Shown here in pieces: positions 11,265 through 20,369 of a stretch of DNA of 64,000 nucleotides; position 1 is the first letter of the stretch, and every line of letters begins with the position of its first letter. The notes beneath the pieces are model-generated. The model saw only the letters and a program-made list of their open reading frames with translations. It did no database searches and was not told where the DNA came from. The translations under genes were made by a program, and so were the position numbers. This DNA is from Andalucia godoyi And28. Its lineage: Eukaryota > Protista > Jakobida. The DNA is taken from assembly GCA_009859145.1 (NCBI GenBank), contig VRVR01000045.1:112142-176141 (forward strand), written 5' to 3'.

Positions 11265-11362
11265 GACACGATGGCCGAGCGGTTAAGGCGTTCGACTAGA
11301 ATTCATTTCAACTAGATCATCGATTGGGATTTCCCGCGCAGGTTCGAATCCTGTTCGTGTCG
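11265..11362 (+). tRNA. trnS-AGA: tRNA-Ser(AGA) with a 17-nt intron (11302-11318)
   Basis: Acceptor stem GACACGA/TCGTGTC, D-arm TGGCCGAGCGGTTAAGGCG, anticodon AGA at 11298-11300, intron after position 37, long variable arm GGGATTTCCC, T-arm GCAGGTTCGAATCCTGT, discriminator G, downstream T-run (Pol III terminator). Confidence 0.95.
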
Positions 11363-11594
11363 CTTAATTTTTTTAATTTTTTAATTTAAATTTGGAAAAT
11401 AACATTCTTGAATCTATTATTATTACAAAGTAATTTTCTGTTTCTGTGGTGCGTGATGGAAAAACCTTTGGCAACGTAGTGAAAACATAAACAAAGCAAG
11501 AGGTACTTTTTTTTTAATAAAGGTTTTTTTAAAAATATATTCATCATGATTTGATGCCGAGTTTTCATTTTCTATGCATTTTGAGGCGTGTTCT

Positions 11595-13850
11595 TTAGTT
11601 GGCCAAAAAGATGGTTGCAAAGACCATTGCCGACGCAACGCTGATCATGTGCATCGGTGATCCCGAGTTGGCGCCTGGGACGTCCTGTGGCTGGCTCGGC
11701 TGCGGGTCTGTGTCAGCAGGAGGAGCAGCGCTGGCAGTGACGAGCGTGTCTTCTGCGGCCGGCTCATCGAGGATGTTTCCGTTCTTGAGAGTGGAAAAGG
11801 AGGCTGTGAGCGCATAGTAGGCATCGTTGGGAACACGGAATGTGGAGGAGGATGGCGCAGTGATGGTGACCACACATTCCACTCCTCCATTGATCGGGCT
11901 TGCCAGGGGCAGCAGAATGTCAAAGTCGCAAGGGATATATGTGTTGGTGACGGCAGGGACAGCATGCGAAGCTGGGCCGTATGTTGTGCATCCGCTGACC
12001 TGGAATTGCAGTGCACTGCCAACAAACGCCCCGAGTCCTCGAGGAAGAGTGATGCTGATCTGGGGATTTTCGGTCGAGAGAATGGTGTTGAAAGGAGTTC
12101 CTTTCAGCACGAGAGACTTGAGTGGCTGTCCGGCAACACTGGGGTCGACGACGGTGGAGAATCCTCGAAGCGTGTGGATTGGAACAGAGAACATGGCGTA
12201 GTTGATCGCATCTGCCTGAATGGACGTCTGCGTTGCATCCGTTGTCGAAGCCAAGACCACCTGGACTTGCCCCGAGCCTGCATAAAAGGTCGCTGCGAGC
12301 GTGGTCGACTGCGGCTGGACTTGAACGGTGCAGGTGGCGTCGGTGAGGATGAACGCAGAGTTGGCAGGAAGCCAGATGGTGCACTTTCCTTCCGTGCAGA
12401 CGGAGTTTGCACGGATGTTTTGGAGAGTTGCGCCGCATCCAGAGACATCCATACGCCAGTCATTCTGGGTCTGTCCATTTGCGATTCCGACAAAGGTAAT
12501 GCCGGTCAGCTGCACCTGCAGCACAGAGGCGGCCGCAGGGAAGTTGCGGGGGCGCCCAGAGATTGTGATGCTCTGCACAGGACCGCGGGGAACGACGTTG
12601 TTCGGAGTGAACGAAGCGGAAAAGTCCTTCCACTGGCTCGGGGTCACCGGATGGTACATTCCAACATACAGGGGAACCGCGGGATTGGAATCGTGGGTGT
12701 GGTCCCAGCGGGAGACACCGTGATCGTGCATGATGTAGACGTTCACTTGAATGTCGGTTGCCGAGGGCAGAACAAGCTGTCCGGAGCCGGCGATCTTGGA
12801 GACCGTGACAGTGCACCAGCCTTGGCCGATCAGGGTGTCGCCAACCTTTCCGTAGCCGAAGCGCGCACTCGTCGCATGGAACACCTTGCCGGCCGGCGAT
12901 TCAACGCAGCCCGTAACAGAGATTCCGTAGGTGGAGCCGGCAGTGTAGACGTCAGTGTTGAATTCAAAGTCGAAGCGATTCTGCGACGGAAGCACTTTGT
13001 AGTGGAAGGGATTGACGCTGTCGGGATAGCTGGGAAGATCTCCTTCTCCGTGCGTGGGGTCGTAGCCGGGATCGCCGGGCTTGCGGGCCTGGTGGCTTTC
13101 GTCGAGATCGTTGAATGGCGGCTCGATAACGTTGTAGTCCATGTGCGGATCGCGAATGGGAAGGTAGAATTTGAACTGGAGAGCGTCGAACGAGCCCGAT
13201 CCCTCCGAAACGACAGTTCCGCGAATTCCAGACACCGTCACGTTCTGAACGTGGTTGAGCACCCGCATCAGCGCATGCTTTCCGTTTCCGTTGTACGACT
13301 GCATGACGGGCTGCGCATTCGAGTTCATCACGGTGATTGCGAACGTGTCATACCAGTTTCCCTGCGGGTTGAGCACCGAGCCGTACGTCAAGCGAGGCAG
13401 GCGCAGATCCAAGGGAAACTCCGTGGGCTGCAGCTTCTTGAGCGTGACATTGCACGGCTTGTCCAGCTGGATGGTTCCGGAGAACTGACCCGCGCGGGAC
13501 TGTGCATATCCCAAGTCTCGGTTGGCAGTGGCGAGCGTGTCAACCCCATTGATGCAGCCGGATACCTCCATGTGAAGGCCACGCTGGGGGGTGTACGGCT
13601 CGAAGAAGTTGCCATTGGGGACGGAAATGCGGAAGATGGGGTTTGTCACAGCAACAAGAGGCGTGAACGAGACTGTCAGCGAATCTAGAGTGTCGTGGAT
13701 CCTGGCTTGCTCAGGCCATACTTTCTGGCCGCACATCGGCTCCTGTGCATTCACGGTGCCTGACGCGCACAAGAGAACGCATCCAAGCGCAATGAGAAGC
13801 CGTTTCACCAGAGCGCCGCTCGTTGCTGGGCGTGACGGTGCTCTTTTCAT
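11595..13850 (-). CDS. Secreted, probably GPI-anchored surface protein with four Cys-containing beta-rich repeats, about 751 aa
   Basis: Signal peptide (LLIALGCVLLCASGTVNA), repeated V[ST]GC...CxV units, Pro/Gln stalk, NSG omega-site and hydrophobic C-terminus. Confidence 0.85.
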   Translation of the reverse strand: MKRAPSRPATSGALVKRLLIALGCVLLCASGTVNAQEPMCGQKVWPEQARIHDTLDSLTVSFTPLVAVTNPIFRISVPNGNFFEPYTPQRGLHMEVSGCINGVDTLATANRDLGYAQSRAGQFSGTIQLDKPCNVTLKKLQPTEFPLDLRLPRLTYGSVLNPQGNWYDTFAITVMNSNAQPVMQSYNGNGKHALMRVLNHVQNVTVSGIRGTVVSEGSGSFDALQFKFYLPIRDPHMDYNVIEPPFNDLDESHQARKPGDPGYDPTHGEGDLPSYPDSVNPFHYKVLPSQNRFDFEFNTDVYTAGSTYGISVTGCVESPAGKVFHATSARFGYGKVGDTLIGQGWCTVTVSKIAGSGQLVLPSATDIQVNVYIMHDHGVSRWDHTHDSNPAVPLYVGMYHPVTPSQWKDFSASFTPNNVVPRGPVQSITISGRPRNFPAAASVLQVQLTGITFVGIANGQTQNDWRMDVSGCGATLQNIRANSVCTEGKCTIWLPANSAFILTDATCTVQVQPQSTTLAATFYAGSGQVQVVLASTTDATQTSIQADAINYAMFSVPIHTLRGFSTVVDPSVAGQPLKSLVLKGTPFNTILSTENPQISITLPRGLGAFVGSALQFQVSGCTTYGPASHAVPAVTNTYIPCDFDILLPLASPINGGVECVVTITAPSSSTFRVPNDAYYALTASFSTLKNGNILDEPAAEDTLVTASAAPPADTDPQPSQPQDVPGANSGSPMHMISVASAMVFATIFLAN

Positions 13851-14637
13851 TTCGGCCACCGTAGAGCAGGTCCAGAGCAAGAAAGAAGGAGTGGATAAGA
13901 ACAGAAATTTAACGATTCGAGTAGATTCAACAACGAGTTCAAGATTGAACGGTGCAGTGTTTTTTCTTTGTTTGTATGGAACGAAAGAAGGAAAAAAGAA
14001 AGAGAGTGAGAGTGAGTGAGAGAGAGAGAGAGAGAAAAAAGAAGTGGAGAATGCTGTGTGTGGCGACATAATATATGCTTTGCTGCAATGTATTTTTGCC
14101 AGCGGGGGACGATGGTCTAATCGGACAAGTAGAGTTCCTTTCTGGTGTGCAGTGATTGTCGATTTACTGAATGTCTATATTTCCGTCCAGTCGCAAGCAA
14201 GTGTCTTTCGAGTCTGTTGCAGCGTCGCGCCCCCCCCAAGGGAGAAAATACAACTTGCCGCAGTGCGTCCTCGTGTAAGCGGCCAATTCCCTTTTATGTA
14301 AATCTGCCCGCACAATTCTGCCCATCCATTTCCTTTTTCGGTATCCGACACTTTCCTCTACTTGTGCCCGACTGTCCGTCAACTCGACACGAACAGACCC
14401 GATCAACACGACCATCTGGAAATCACCCACTTGCCATGCTCCTCAATCGATTCAGTTTCATCTTCCTTCACGATCTCTTTTTAATGCTCATCGATTCTGC
14501 TTTTCGTCTCTCTTCCTCTTTCTTTTTCTTTTCCATTTCTTTTCCATTTCCATTTTCATTTTCTGTTTTTTTCATTCTTCAATTCTTCAGTTTCGTAATT
14601 TCCCCTTTCCTTCCCATATTTCATATAAAGCGAGAGA

Positions 14638-15738
14638 ATGTTTGACAAGCTTGACAAGTCGCTGCGAGACCGGTTTTTGAGTCTGCCTCCTGATCCCGAG
14701 TACTATCAAGCCGAGTATGTCTGGGTTGGTGGTTCTGGGCGTGACATCCGGTCCAAGTCGCGGACTCTTCCTGTGTCGTTGCCGCAGCGTCCCGAGTGTC
14801 TGCCAATCTGGAACTTTGATGGGTCGTCGACGGGCCAGGCGCCCGGATCGGACTCGGAGGTGCTGCTGAAGCCTCAGGCGGTGTACAAAGATCCGTTCCG
14901 CCCAATTCCTACTGGGGATGGATACACGGGGCTTCCGAACATCATTGTCATTTGCGACTGCTACAAGCCGGACATGACGCCTGTTCCTGGAAACACGCGG
15001 GTGTTTGCAGAGCGCGTGTTTTCGCAGAAGAAGGAGCTTATTCCGTGGTTTGGAATGGAGCAGGAGTACGTCATGTTCAGTGCGAGTGAGAACTGGCCTC
15101 TTGGATGGCCGCGAGGAGGGTATCCGGGCGAGCAGGGTCCGTACTACTGCTCGGTCGGTGCAGAGGTGTCGTTTGGGCGCGAGCTTGTGGAGGCGCATTA
15201 TCGCGCGTGCTTGTATGCTGGAATCCGCATTTCGGGAGTCAATGCAGAGGTCATGCCGGGCCAGTGGGAGTTCCAGGTCGGGCCATGCGAAGGAATCTCG
15301 GTTGGCGACCAGCTGTTGTGTGCGCGATACATCCTTGCTCGCATCGGCGAAGACTTTGGGGTCCGCATTTCGTATGATCCCAAGCCGATTCCCGGCGACT
15401 GGAACGGCTCGGGCTGCCACACCAACTTCTCCACACTCCCTATGCGCGAAGACGGTGGCTGGAAGCTCATTGCTGAGGCCTGCGACAAGCTTGGTGCCCG
15501 CCATTCCGAGCACATTATTGCATACGGCGAAGGAAACGAACGGCGGCTGACCGGCCACCATGAAACAGCTCCCATGGACAAGTTCACCTGGGGCGTTGCC
15601 AACCGTGGGGCGTCGATCCGCGTCCCAAGAGACACTCATCGCCTGCAGAAGGGCTACTTGGAAGACAGACGACCGGCCTCCAACTGCGACCCGTATCTCG
15701 TTCCCGCCCTCATCTACGAGACCACTTGCCTCCTCTAA
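14638..15738 (+). CDS. GLUL: Glutamine synthetase type II (eukaryotic), 366 aa
   Basis: [102 protein letters not shown]. Confidence 0.98.
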   Translation: MFDKLDKSLRDRFLSLPPDPEYYQAEYVWVGGSGRDIRSKSRTLPVSLPQRPECLPIWNFDGSSTGQAPGSDSEVLLKPQAVYKDPFRPIPTGDGYTGLPNIIVICDCYKPDMTPVPGNTRVFAERVFSQKKELIPWFGMEQEYVMFSASENWPLGWPRGGYPGEQGPYYCSVGAEVSFGRELVEAHYRACLYAGIRISGVNAEVMPGQWEFQVGPCEGISVGDQLLCARYILARIGEDFGVRISYDPKPIPGDWNGSGCHTNFSTLPMREDGGWKLIAEACDKLGARHSEHIIAYGEGNERRLTGHHETAPMDKFTWGVANRGASIRVPRDTHRLQKGYLEDRRPASNCDPYLVPALIYETTCLL

Positions 15739-16367
15739 CTTTATCAGTTTCGTGCTGTCAACTGTAGAAGTAAAACACAAGAAATAAAAAATGGTTCACC
15801 ATTGTCCATCAATTGACACTAGACCTTTTCTTTTTTGGGCTGCGTTTCGCTGGAGCTTTTTCGCCTTTTCTGGGCTTTCTCATTTTTTCCTGTTTCGTTC
15901 GGTTTCCCTTTTGTTTTTCTTTGGTTTTCCCCTTTCTCTTTTTCTTTTTTTCCTTTCTCTTCTCAAGGCAAATGATGGTAAATAAATTATAAGCTCAACA
16001 GGACTGACAAACAACATCCTTGATGACAACATCTTCCCTGATGCCTTTCCCAGCTTCCTTTTTACGTTCTTGTCCAAACTTCAATCCGTCTTTCATTGTT
16101 ATGATTATCATTATTAATACTCCTTTAAACACCACGATGTTACACTATACTTTTACGACAGACGTTAAAAAAACAACAACAGAAAACGACAGCGACCACA
16201 TCCAGCAGAAAACAAATAAAACCATGCTGCAAGACGCAGGCTCTGTAATATGCATGGAGGGAAATGTAATACTGGTATCTGCATACGATGCAGTACTCGC
16301 ACGTCGATGCTGGTGACCACATTGCAGGACGCGAGAAGGAAAGACGCCGGCCGCCGGCCGCGGGGTG

Positions 16368-17831
16368 CTAGCGGGTGGAGGCGCATTTCTTATGGTCGTG
16401 TGTGACGGCGAGGCCTCTGTAGTGGAGAATGTATGCATTGGAGGCGGCGACCGACAGGTCCTTGACGAGTCTCTGGGGCCCGATCTTGTGAATATGGATG
16501 AACTCGACGTTGGCCGTCCGGACCATGAACTTCCGGCGCCCGTACTTTGTAGGACAGGCGTCTCTTGGGTACGCCTTGGACACACACTCGGCCTCGGCGC
16601 CGGCATCCGTCTTGGCCGACTGGGCGTGGATGTCCCTGAGCCATGCTTGGGACCCAATGCGTGACCAGGACTGCTCGACACAGACATCGTAGTCCTTGTT
16701 CACAGATCCGAACGAGACACCGGCATAGCTGCTCTGCTGCGCGAGGGTCGAGTCCAAGTACGAGCCCAGAGAAGAGGCAGACGGCGGCAGAACGAGAAAC
16801 TCGTCAATGTCAAAGTGACCGTAGTAGGTCGCCGAATTTGCAACGCGCAGGAACGCATCGTTGATCACGACGGTCTGGCCAAAGTACCAAGTGTCCGAGT
16901 CGTTGCGTAGCTGCGGGAAATAGTACCACTCAATCCTCGACTCTTCCTTGTGCTGCAGTTGCGTGAGCTGCGACAGGCACTGCGGCTCGGGTGTGATCGA
17001 GTAGAACATCAGTCGGTCGATACGCAGCACATCCAGCATGTACGATGTCCACTGCGACACCACTGCGCAGTTGAGCGTCCCAAACGACGATGCAACCGAA
17101 ACTGCAGTGGAGATGAGCCCAAACCGCGCGGGTCGCAGAATCCGGACCGGAAACGACCACTTTTCCGGGCCCTCTGCACCCGCAATTACATATTCAAGCT
17201 GCACTCCTCCTCCTGCTCCCCTTGCTCCGGGTCGGGTGATGTTGCTCTCGTCGCTTTCCTCGCTCTTATCGTCGTCGGCGTCGCTGTTGACGCTGTGCAG
17301 ATGATAAAGTGGACACCGGATAAACACCGGTTCATGGGGTTTGTCGTGGTGCTCGCCAAATGCCTGCACCGAGCAGCCGGACGACACTTCACGCGCCGTC
17401 TCGAGATCCGTCACCGTCAAGCCTACTGGACACATCGACTCCACATGCGAGTGCTTGAGCGCCAGTATCCAAAGCATCCGCGAGGTCGTCGCTGTCTCTG
17501 TCACTGGCAGAAGCGGCGGCACTGGTGATGATAATGTTGAGTGGAAGAGTATGGCGCCGTGGAAAAGCATCCACTGGCCATCGTCGGTGACATGCGACTG
17601 CACCGAGTCGGTAAGGACCCTTGCAAAGGCTGCGGACGGCGGATCCCACGCAATCGAATTCCCAAAAGGAACATCCACGTGATCCGAGTCCGAGAAACAC
17701 GGATGCAGCAGCACAACGCACAGATCCGTAAGAACAAACACCACCGTAAGCACACTGATCAAAAGCACATTTTCCTCCGCGAAACTCCGAAACTGTCTCC
17801 ATGTTTCCCGCTTCGGTCGCGACGAGCCCAT
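16368..17831 (-). CDS. Type II membrane glycosyltransferase, GT92/DUF23-like, 487 aa
   Basis: Single N-terminal TM helix; catalytic region with WxxY, GQxxxINDAF, HFDIDEFL (DxD) and C-terminal xxHYR. Confidence 0.7.
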   Translation of the reverse strand: MGSSRPKRETWRQFRSFAEENVLLISVLTVVFVLTDLCVVLLHPCFSDSDHVDVPFGNSIAWDPPSAAFARVLTDSVQSHVTDDGQWMLFHGAILFHSTLSSPVPPLLPVTETATTSRMLWILALKHSHVESMCPVGLTVTDLETAREVSSGCSVQAFGEHHDKPHEPVFIRCPLYHLHSVNSDADDDKSEESDESNITRPGARGAGGGVQLEYVIAGAEGPEKWSFPVRILRPARFGLISTAVSVASSFGTLNCAVVSQWTSYMLDVLRIDRLMFYSITPEPQCLSQLTQLQHKEESRIEWYYFPQLRNDSDTWYFGQTVVINDAFLRVANSATYYGHFDIDEFLVLPPSASSLGSYLDSTLAQQSSYAGVSFGSVNKDYDVCVEQSWSRIGSQAWLRDIHAQSAKTDAGAEAECVSKAYPRDACPTKYGRRKFMVRTANVEFIHIHKIGPQRLVKDLSVAASNAYILHYRGLAVTHDHKKCASTR

Positions 17832-18078
17832 CCCACCAATCGCCCCTCACACAATGACTCTCACAGCGTGTGCGTAAGCCTTCCCAACCTTTTTCTTAAA
17901 TCAAAAACTTAAATTAAAAACAATGACTTTATGTATCGGATAAGAGAACAATAAAAAATGCGAGCGTCTGTGAAAACGTACAAATATGATATGAAAAAAG
18001 GCACCTGCACTACAGTACGTACAATACCTCTGGCACAGTTGATGCTTGATGTTTTTGTTTGTTGCTTGTTGCTCGCCA

Positions 18079-18699
18079 CTACAGTAGCGATGAGGACTCC
18101 AGGACTACTGCGTTGAGGTGGTGGCAGACGGCTGGGATGTCGAGATGGAGAAAGCACAGCCCTTGGATATTTGCTCCGTGCAACATCTCTTCGTACGAAG
18201 CAAGCAGCAGCTGGTGTTGTGCGTGCTGAAGATCTGGCGACAACCACATGCCAGTGCTCATACTGCTTCCGGCACTGCTGCTGTGACTACTAAAATAGCC
18301 GCTGTCTCCGCTGGCACTACGGCCCATGCACTCCGTGCTGGCAGCACTACGCTGCTCCTGCTCCCGTTCCTGCTCCCGTTCCTGCTCCCGTTCCTGCTCC
18401 CGGTTGTGGTGGTTGTTGTTACTGGATGCGGCTCGGGAACGCAGACAATGATACCGTGCATAGTTCTTCACCTGGACATTGTCCCGCGTCCTGACAACCT
18501 CTGCAATCGCCTTCCAATTGCCAAACCCGTACTGCCGAACACCTTCGCGAAACCTCTTTGCCTCTTCATACGTCCAAAACTTCTTCTTGATCAACACCAC
18601 CGGCTCCGTACAAGAAGACGCAGACACTGCATCGCTGTCGGGCGCACACAACCTCCACGGTAGCCCCGCAAACGTTGTCATCACCATCATCGACTTCAT
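18079..18699 (-). CDS. Single-repeat Myb/SANT transcription factor, about 206 aa
   Basis: WTYEEAKRFREGVRQYGFGNWKAIAEVVRTRDNVQVKNYA; EREQ tandem repeat. Start at ATG 18699 is uncertain; an upstream exon is possible. Confidence 0.85.
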   Translation of the reverse strand: MKSMMVMTTFAGLPWRLCAPDSDAVSASSCTEPVVLIKKKFWTYEEAKRFREGVRQYGFGNWKAIAEVVRTRDNVQVKNYARYHCLRSRAASSNNNHHNREQEREQEREQEREQEQRSAASTECMGRSASGDSGYFSSHSSSAGSSMSTGMWLSPDLQHAQHQLLLASYEEMLHGANIQGLCFLHLDIPAVCHHLNAVVLESSSLL

Positions 18700-19179
18700 T
18701 CTCCTTTTTTCAAACAATGATTCATGAAGAAAAAGAAAAACGAAGAAAAGAAAAATGAAGAAAGAAGGAAAAAAAAAGAAACAGTGGAAACGGTAGATAT
18801 TTTGAAACATCAACAGAAGCATAAAAAATAGACACAAAAAAACAGCTTGTTCTGCTGCGACTATTTCCAACGATTCGTGAAGCGCACTGGTGCTTTCCCC
18901 CGATTGCCCACCTATTCTCACCCCATCATGTTGCTGACGATTGGACTTGAATCCGAGCAAACGGTGGCTGGACTGCTCGCATCCATCGCGCATTTTTTGC
19001 GCAGCTTGCACCTGCACCCGAGCCCCATTAGGGTCAACCGCTCCGCTGGGTGCTTCAATGCGTTTCCCTCTTTGCTTCTACCAGCGCACGCCTAAACAAA
19101 CAAACAACGCATATTTAAAACACGAGTCGAAACCGCCCAAAGTGTCTCGACTCTCGAGGCAGCCTCTTCCTATCCTACC

Positions 19180-19959
19180 TCAGTCATCGGCAGGGATGTC
19201 GGTTTTGGTCCACGTATACAAGTATGCGGAGCCTCCGTTGGCGGCGGACTTGGCGAGGGAAATGTCCGAAATGTCAAACCCGCCATGCTGGTAAATGTAT
19301 GGCTCGATAAGGAAAGGGGCGTTTCGGGAAACGACAAGAACGGAAGCGCGGGGCTTCAGCGCATTCCACAGCGCCTGCAAAAGACGGAGGATGGCGGGGT
19401 TATCGCCGTGTTCGGAAAGCCCCGTGGAAAGCATCGCGTCAAGGCAGCCCTTATCGAGAACAAACGCAAGCGAAGCGGAAAATAGCTGGTCCAAATGAGT
19501 TGCGTCGTGCTGAACAAGTCGGATGGCCGCTACTGCTTTTCGGAATGCCGGTTGCGCCAGCAGCCCCGATTTGTGCAGCGAGGCCAGAAACGGCGTGTGC
19601 ACACCGGTTGATGTTGGCGATGCCGCCGAAACTACCTCTTGTAACAACCGAAGCTGCTCGATTGGGGCATCGGCAATTTCAACCTTTGTAAACACTGCCT
19701 TTTCCAGCAACTCGGGCGCCCCGCATAGCAAATGCTCCAGCACCAGCGAATTCCCGGCTCCAATCTCGCAAATCTCCGCCTTGCCTGTCGCCCCTCCCAA
19801 TTCCCGAATCGCCTGTGCCACCATCGGATCCAAGCGGCCCACGAGATCCTCCGCTCCCAAGTACCACTCGTACGGCCGTTGCCCTTCACCATCATTTCCC
19901 CCATAAAATCCATCCCAGTAACCAGCATCACATACTCGATACCCACCGCCACTCTTCAT
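19180..19959 (-). CDS. Class I SAM methyltransferase, EEF1AKMT4/METTL13-N-like, about 259 aa
   Basis: YWDGFY, PYEWY, EIGAGNS (motif I), DAT, VLDKGCLDAML, LKP. Confidence 0.85.
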   Translation of the reverse strand: MKSGGGYRVCDAGYWDGFYGGNDGEGQRPYEWYLGAEDLVGRLDPMVAQAIRELGGATGKAEICEIGAGNSLVLEHLLCGAPELLEKAVFTKVEIADAPIEQLRLLQEVVSAASPTSTGVHTPFLASLHKSGLLAQPAFRKAVAAIRLVQHDATHLDQLFSASLAFVLDKGCLDAMLSTGLSEHGDNPAILRLLQALWNALKPRASVLVVSRNAPFLIEPYIYQHGGFDISDISLAKSAANGGSAYLYTWTKTDIPADD

Positions 19960-20369
19960 CCCCACGTGTACCCTGTATTTTTCTCGCAGATACCAAAAAA
20001 AAAACAACAAAAAACAAACCCCCCAGCAAAAAATGACAAGACGCCCGAAGCTCACAAGTTCGACTGCTTTGAAAAGACACAGAGGCCCCTCTCACCCCTC
20101 TCAACAAGGAACTGCCTATAAGCCAAACAGTAACATTCATAGTAAAATCATCGAGGAGTTGATGCTAGCTCATTTCCCGAAAGGATTGCCTCAACTCGAA
20201 TTCCCCGGACTTTTTCCGGCTATCGTCTTTCTCGTCGAGCGATTTCACTTTTCATTCTTGATTTTTTTGGTTTTTTGATTTTCTAAAACTGTTATTATTG
20301 CATTGTTGATTGTCGTTCACATCAGAAGGGGTTTTGCAGTTCTGCGACGAAAGAGAAAGAAGCAGGAAA

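Noticed and set aside
11964-13688. 574-aa plus-strand ORF and other long antisense ORFs
   Set aside because: Shadow ORFs opposite well-supported genes in moderately GC-rich coding DNA.
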